21,983 nt of DNA from Oculatellaceae cyanobacterium bins.114 (lineage in GTDB: Bacteria > Cyanobacteriota > Cyanobacteriia > Elainellales > Elainellaceae). The translations under genes and the position numbers were made by a program. The notes under the pieces are model-generated. The model was not told where the DNA came from, made no database searches, and worked only from the letters and a program-made list of their open reading frames with translations. This document shows, one piece after another, positions 18,046 to 21,983 of this stretch (positions are counted from its first letter, which is position 1; every line of letters starts with the position of its first letter). The stretch spans positions 1 to 21,983 of the forward strand of contig JANRJA010000161.1 in NCBI GenBank assembly GCA_033764315.1, read 5' to 3'.

Positions 18046-19125
18046 TTAAGCAACGAAGGCATCGACTTGAGCAGTGCCAATCTCAAACCCAGCGGTAAAA
18101 GCATCCACTCTAAAGGCTCGATTGAGGGTGCGTGCGGCTCTGGCACTAAGGGTAACGTCAACGTTGGTGAGATCCAGGTTGGTGAAACTGCCGCGATCGG
18201 TCGCTGTGACTCCTCCAATTTGTAACCCAAATAAAGGGACGCGAGCGAGCAACCGACCATTGGCAATGACAGTGCCGCTAATGACAGGCTGAGTATTCAA
18301 ATTGCTGATCACAAAGTCAGTCAGATTGACTTCGGTTCTGTCGGTTTTAAAGGTCAGTCCACCTGCATGAAGGACTTCAACGGTAGTAGTGTCGAGATCG
18401 GTTGCTCCTCCAGCAATCAGGAAATCAGCTACCCCATTGCGAATGCGAGTGCCCCCGAATCCAGTTGCCTGAACATTGAGGGAACCCAATGCATTGACGA
18501 GAGAATCGCTCAACTCGACCGATGTTCTGCCACGGGGCAAGACATCTTGAGTCGCTTCGGGGAACAGAGAAGTAGTGCCAAGAAAATCGCGAACGGGCAG
18601 TTGGCGATCGCTAATACTGCCATTGGTGCGGTTAAAGAATGCATCGACTTGAGCGGTGCCGATGTTGAATCCGGCCGCAAAGGCAGTGACACCAAAGGCT
18701 TGATTGAGGGCATTGGCTGCAACATCACTCAGCGTTACGCTGACATTATTGATGTCAAGATTGTCCCGTCTTTGCCTCCTTGATGTGCCAATGCTGCCGA
18801 CTACCAGGTTAAAGAGGGGGGCACGAGCAACAATGGCTCCGTTTGCACTCACTAATCCAGTTAATACGGTTTGACCTCCTAAGTTTGTAATAACGAAATC
18901 TGTTAAGCTGACTTCGGTGCTGCCCGCTCTCAGGGTCAAACCACCACTGTGCGCGATTTCAACTCTGGTTCGGTTGAGATCAACAGAGCCTCCTGTGATG
19001 GAAAAGTTAGCCACTCCGTTATTAATCCGAGTATCACCAAAGCCACTCGCCTGTACGTTGAGTGAAGTCAAAGCGTTAACCAGATCAGGACTTAATGCAA
19101 CTGAAGTAATGCCATTCGTTGTCAT
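18046..19125 (-). CDS. Uncharacterised protein with two tandem repeats of about 160 aa, beta-rich and possibly HtaA-like
   Basis: Repeats G.TSV.LS..LVNAL.SLNVQA.GFG.TRI.NGVA.F.I.GG...H.GGLT...LTDFVI.NL...PLF.L...LN.AF.V.AF.AGF.IGTAQVDAF; GGAG ribosome site upstream. Confidence 0.85.
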   Translation of the reverse strand: MTTNGITSVALSPDLVNALTSLNVQASGFGDTRINNGVANFSITGGSVDLNRTRVEIAHSGGLTLRAGSTEVSLTDFVITNLGGQTVLTGLVSANGAIVARAPLFNLVVGSIGTSRRQRRDNLDINNVSVTLSDVAANALNQAFGVTAFAAGFNIGTAQVDAFFNRTNGSISDRQLPVRDFLGTTSLFPEATQDVLPRGRTSVELSDSLVNALGSLNVQATGFGGTRIRNGVADFLIAGGATDLDTTTVEVLHAGGLTFKTDRTEVNLTDFVISNLNTQPVISGTVIANGRLLARVPLFGLQIGGVTATDRGSFTNLDLTNVDVTLSARAARTLNRAFRVDAFTAGFEIGTAQVDAFVA

Positions 19126-19246
19126 TTCTAGAACTCCGTAAGAAGGGAAAAACTAAGAAGGAAACCAGAAAAAAAGTAGAAGGAGAGTAATAGGGCTAGA
19201 GGATGAAAGTTAAAGCCAAACTCTCGTAGATAGACAAACGGATTTT

Positions 19247-19274
19247 GTAGGAGCGTGTTGCAAAACGCCCCTAC
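19247..19274. repeat. GTAG-type REP hairpin between the fasciclin gene and the repeat-protein gene
   Basis: GTAGGAGCGTGTTGCAAAACGCCCCTAC imperfect palindrome. Confidence 0.65.
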
Positions 19275-19297
19275 CAATCATGCTCGTTTCTCGATTT

Positions 19298-19870
19298 CTA
19301 GAATCCAGGAGGAAGGATGACGCGATCGATGACGTGAATGACTCCATTGCTAGCAGTGATATCTGCTGCTCGCACAGTCGCATCGTTAACGGTCACTTGC
19401 CCATTTGCCACATTCAGATTCACAGGGCTACCCTGGACGGTGGTGACTTCACCGGGTTGGATATCGCTGGATTCAACGGCACCTGCGACAACGTGGTAGG
19501 TCAAAATCTGCCGTAAGGTATCTCGGTTTTCGGGACGTAATAAGGTTTCTAGAGTACCAGGGGGCAGTGCTGCAAAGGCTTCATTGGTGGGAGCAAATAC
19601 GGTGAATGGCCCGTCGCCTGATAAGGTTTCGACTAAGCCTGCGGCTTGTACAGCTTGAACTAACGTTGTAAATGCAGAGTTAGAAGCAGCAATATCAACA
19701 ATGGTGCCTGCTTGGGCAGTTTGAGTTGAGGGTTGGGATTGAGTGGTTGTCGCTGGAGTCGCTTCAGACCGGGTTGAAGTGTCTGCATGGGCTGGAAGGC
19801 TGATGAAAGCTACTACTGCGGCTGCTATGACGCTGGTAACGCAAGTCAAATTGGACAGTTGAAAACGCAT
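19298..19870 (-). CDS. Secreted fasciclin (FAS1, MPB70/MPB83-like) protein, 190 aa from the ATG at 19870
   Basis: Signal peptide ending AHA-D, Thr/Ser/Gln linker, [11 protein letters not shown] (H1), [22 protein letters not shown] (H2); GAGGA ribosome site. Confidence 0.93.
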   Translation of the reverse strand: MRFQLSNLTCVTSVIAAAVVAFISLPAHADTSTRSEATPATTTQSQPSTQTAQAGTIVDIAASNSAFTTLVQAVQAAGLVETLSGDGPFTVFAPTNEAFAALPPGTLETLLRPENRDTLRQILTYHVVAGAVESSDIQPGEVTTVQGSPVNLNVANGQVTVNDATVRAADITASNGVIHVIDRVILPPGF

Positions 19871-20114
19871 GAACCAATCCTCTATATACGACGTTGATAA
19901 AAGTGGCCACTCGAAAGCGATCGCTAAACAAAGGTCAGCAATAAGCGCAAACAATCATGAGTGCTTGAAACTGGAATCGTTGACAGTGAGTCCCAAAATT
20001 GGAATGAAAAACGCTCAGAACAAGTGTTTAAGGAACATCACTGCGGCTTCACTAGAAACTGTGAAGCAATCAGATTGTCAGAGAGTGTGGCACTAAATAG
20101 CCCTCTATAAGAAA

Positions 20115-20138
20115 TACGGCGATCGCCCCCAATTGGAT
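20115..20138 (-). promoter_or_regulatory. Putative ECF-sigma promoter ATCC-N16-CGTA facing the fasciclin gene
   Basis: Minus strand aATCC-aattgggggcgatcgc-CGTAttt; twin of 20231-20254. Confidence 0.65.
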
Positions 20139-20230
20139 TTAAAAGTTTAAAAAAAGATTTAGAGCAACTTGCCTGATCGTGAAAGCCGTCATAATCAACA
20201 CTTCAATTGCTATACACTCCGTGTTACTGC

Positions 20231-20254
20231 ATCCAAATAGCGATCGCCCCCGTA
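20231..20254 (+). promoter_or_regulatory. Putative autoregulatory ECF-sigma promoter ATCC-N16-CGTA
   Basis: cATCC-aaatagcgatcgcccc-CGTAttt ending 16 nt before the sigma ATG; ECF sigma factors typically autoregulate. Confidence 0.7.
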
Positions 20255-20270
20255 TTTAACATAGGAAGCG

Positions 20271-20924
20271 ATGACAGTTGTTGCTTGGGTGTACGATCAG
20301 ACTGGCTCCACCGTTTGCGCGTCCACAATGGATTCTGAGTTTCCTTTACCCGACAGTGTAACTCTCAAACGCTCATCTGATGAGGATGTATTAGCAGCGT
20401 TGAGAGAAGGTCGAATGAGTGCCTTAGAGGTACTTTATGACCGTTATGCAAAACAGGTTTACAGCTTGGCATACCGAATTTTGGCAAGCACAGAAGAAGC
20501 TGAAGACGTTACCCAGGAGGTATTTCTAACACTTTGGCAAAAAGACGCTTATCAAAGCAGTCGCGGGTCACTAAAAACATTTTTAATCACGCTAACGCGA
20601 TCGCGCGCGATCGACAAATTGCGCCATCAGAGTACACGCTATCGGTTTTTACAACGCTGGCAGCGGCTATCGGCTTCTGAGCAAGAAACAACTCCCCCGT
20701 TAGAGGAAGTGTCCGTAAATGAACAGTCTCATTTGCTACAAGAGGCGTTAACTGTTTTGTCGGATAGCGAACGGGAAATTTTAGAAATTGCGTATTATGA
20801 AGGGATAAGCCAAAGCGAAATTGCCAAACGCTTAAACCTCCCCCTTGGCACCGTCAAAAGCCGCTCTCGACAAGGGCTTAACAAACTTCGTCAACACTTA
20901 CAAAACCTACAAAATCTACGGTAA
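20271..20924 (+). CDS. ECF sigma-70 factor, SigK-like
   Basis: Region 2 LYDRY...AEDVTQEVFLTLW...RSRAIDKLR; region 4 IAYYEGISQSEIAKRLNLPLGTVKSRSR. Confidence 0.93.
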   Translation: MTVVAWVYDQTGSTVCASTMDSEFPLPDSVTLKRSSDEDVLAALREGRMSALEVLYDRYAKQVYSLAYRILASTEEAEDVTQEVFLTLWQKDAYQSSRGSLKTFLITLTRSRAIDKLRHQSTRYRFLQRWQRLSASEQETTPPLEEVSVNEQSHLLQEALTVLSDSEREILEIAYYEGISQSEIAKRLNLPLGTVKSRSRQGLNKLRQHLQNLQNLR

Positions 20925-20936
20925 TCATCGCTCACT

Positions 20937-21821
20937 ATGGCACGCTCGGAACTTCCCGACCATTGGCAGGATCTCGCAGCAGGTTATGTCTTAAACAACC
21001 TCAATGAGGAGGAGGTTGCATTCTGGGAAGCATTAATGAAAGAGCATCCTGAATTGTCGAATGAGTTGGAGGAACTGCAATCAACCTTCAATCTCTTTGC
21101 AGACACTATACCGATGTATCAACCCTCACAGAAGTTGTTGAGCCAAATTCGGACGACAGCTCAGGGTGAGTTAGAACTAGCTGAGCCGTTGCAACCCTCC
21201 AGGTCAGATTCGCTTGCTCCAGAGGAGGCCGCTGCAAGGTCTGCAACGGTTGTTTCTATTAACCCACCTGATAACTCATCGGTTCACTCAAGCAATCGCT
21301 TCAAAGTGATAACGAGTGTTGGAGGGGCGATCGCCGCTAGCGTCATTGCTTTGTTAGGGTTTCACCTTTATTCTTTACACTCCCAACTGCAACAGGCAAA
21401 TGCAACGATTCAACGGCTGGAACGTGATCTGCAACAGGCACAAACGCAGGCACAGAGCATTCGTCCTGTCGTGAGTACGCTGCAACAACCGGGAACGCTA
21501 ATTTATAGTCTAGAAGGGTCTGAGCTGGCAAACACTGCCTCTGGTCGATTGGTTATGTCGGATGAGCAAAAGGTCATCATTCTGGTGAAAAATCTCCCAG
21601 AGCTGCCATCTGGCAAGGTATATCGGTTATGGGCGGCTCTACCAACCCAGACAACGCTGACTTACTGTGGTCAGTTTAACAGCAACGCTCAGGGAGTTAT
21701 TCAACTCACACCCTCTTCCAATCGGTGTGGAGAAAATCCAACTCAAATGATTGTTACGGTGGATGCAGCGACCGATCCCACGACACAAGGCGGACCAATC
21801 GTACTCCAAGGGCGAATTTAA
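20937..21821 (+). CDS. Anti-sigma factor, RskA family (single transmembrane segment)
   Basis: N-terminal LAAGYVLNNL anti-sigma domain, TM GGAIAASVIALLGFHLYSL, coiled coil, C-terminal NLPELPSGKVYRLW...VTVD...GPIVLQG; starts 12 bp after the sigma gene. Confidence 0.9.
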   Translation: MARSELPDHWQDLAAGYVLNNLNEEEVAFWEALMKEHPELSNELEELQSTFNLFADTIPMYQPSQKLLSQIRTTAQGELELAEPLQPSRSDSLAPEEAAARSATVVSINPPDNSSVHSSNRFKVITSVGGAIAASVIALLGFHLYSLHSQLQQANATIQRLERDLQQAQTQAQSIRPVVSTLQQPGTLIYSLEGSELANTASGRLVMSDEQKVIILVKNLPELPSGKVYRLWAALPTQTTLTYCGQFNSNAQGVIQLTPSSNRCGENPTQMIVTVDAATDPTTQGGPIVLQGRI

Positions 21822-21843
21822 GAGGCATCTATACTCTCTTCAA

Positions 21844-21891
21844 AGGCGGCACCCAGATTCGAACTGGGGGATGAGGGTTTTGCAGACCCTT
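21844..21891 (-). tRNA. 3' fragment of tRNA-Cys(GCA), a probable att-site duplication rather than an intact tRNA
   Basis: Minus strand AGGGT-CTGCAAA-ACCCT anticodon arm, CCCAG-TTCGAAT-CTGGG T arm and TGCCGCC-T acceptor 3' strand; no D arm or 5' GGCGGCA strand upstream. Confidence 0.85.
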
Positions 21892-21983
21892 CACCCTATT
21901 TTGAAGTGCCTATAAAATAAGGTTCTCAGCAAAGCCTATCAAACTTGTGTACAGTTCTGTAACCGAATCATCAAGGGGATTAG

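Noticed and set aside
18033..19516. Short ORFs overlapping the repeat protein and fasciclin
   Set aside because: Shadow frames; their apparent repeats simply mirror the real gene's duplication
21844..21920. Intact tRNA-Cys gene
   Set aside because: No D arm and no 5' acceptor strand complementary to TGCCGCC

Overview
Cyanobacterial chromosomal DNA: the HIP1 octamer GCGATCGC occurs roughly 30 times by eye, and cyanobacterial REP/SDR and MITE repeats are scattered throughout. From left to right: (1) the probable end of an insertion element that cuts off the C-terminus of glycogen phosphorylase; (2) a co-oriented minus-strand carbon cluster xfp-pgm-glgP, preceded by an FdhF/YdeP-family molybdoenzyme; (3) a 21-nt-periodic tandem array and a MITE nested inside a related MITE; (4) a REC-GAF-PAS-HK-REC-REC hybrid kinase whose GAF is a DXCF cyanobacteriochrome, next to a destroyed response-regulator remnant and a cluster of repeat remnants; (5) DUF3291 and a MarR-controlled module made of an internally deleted NmrA and a QueG/RdhA-like Fe-S enzyme fused to SCP2, with twin operator palindromes and attC-like half sites; (6) DUF421; (7) a SigK/RskA-type ECF sigma/anti-sigma pair divergent from a fasciclin gene and an uncharacterised two-repeat beta protein, with two matching ATCC-N16-CGTA promoters; (8) a 3' tRNA-Cys fragment that marks the att boundary of an integrative element continuing to the right. 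All calls rest on motif recognition by eye; no searches were run.
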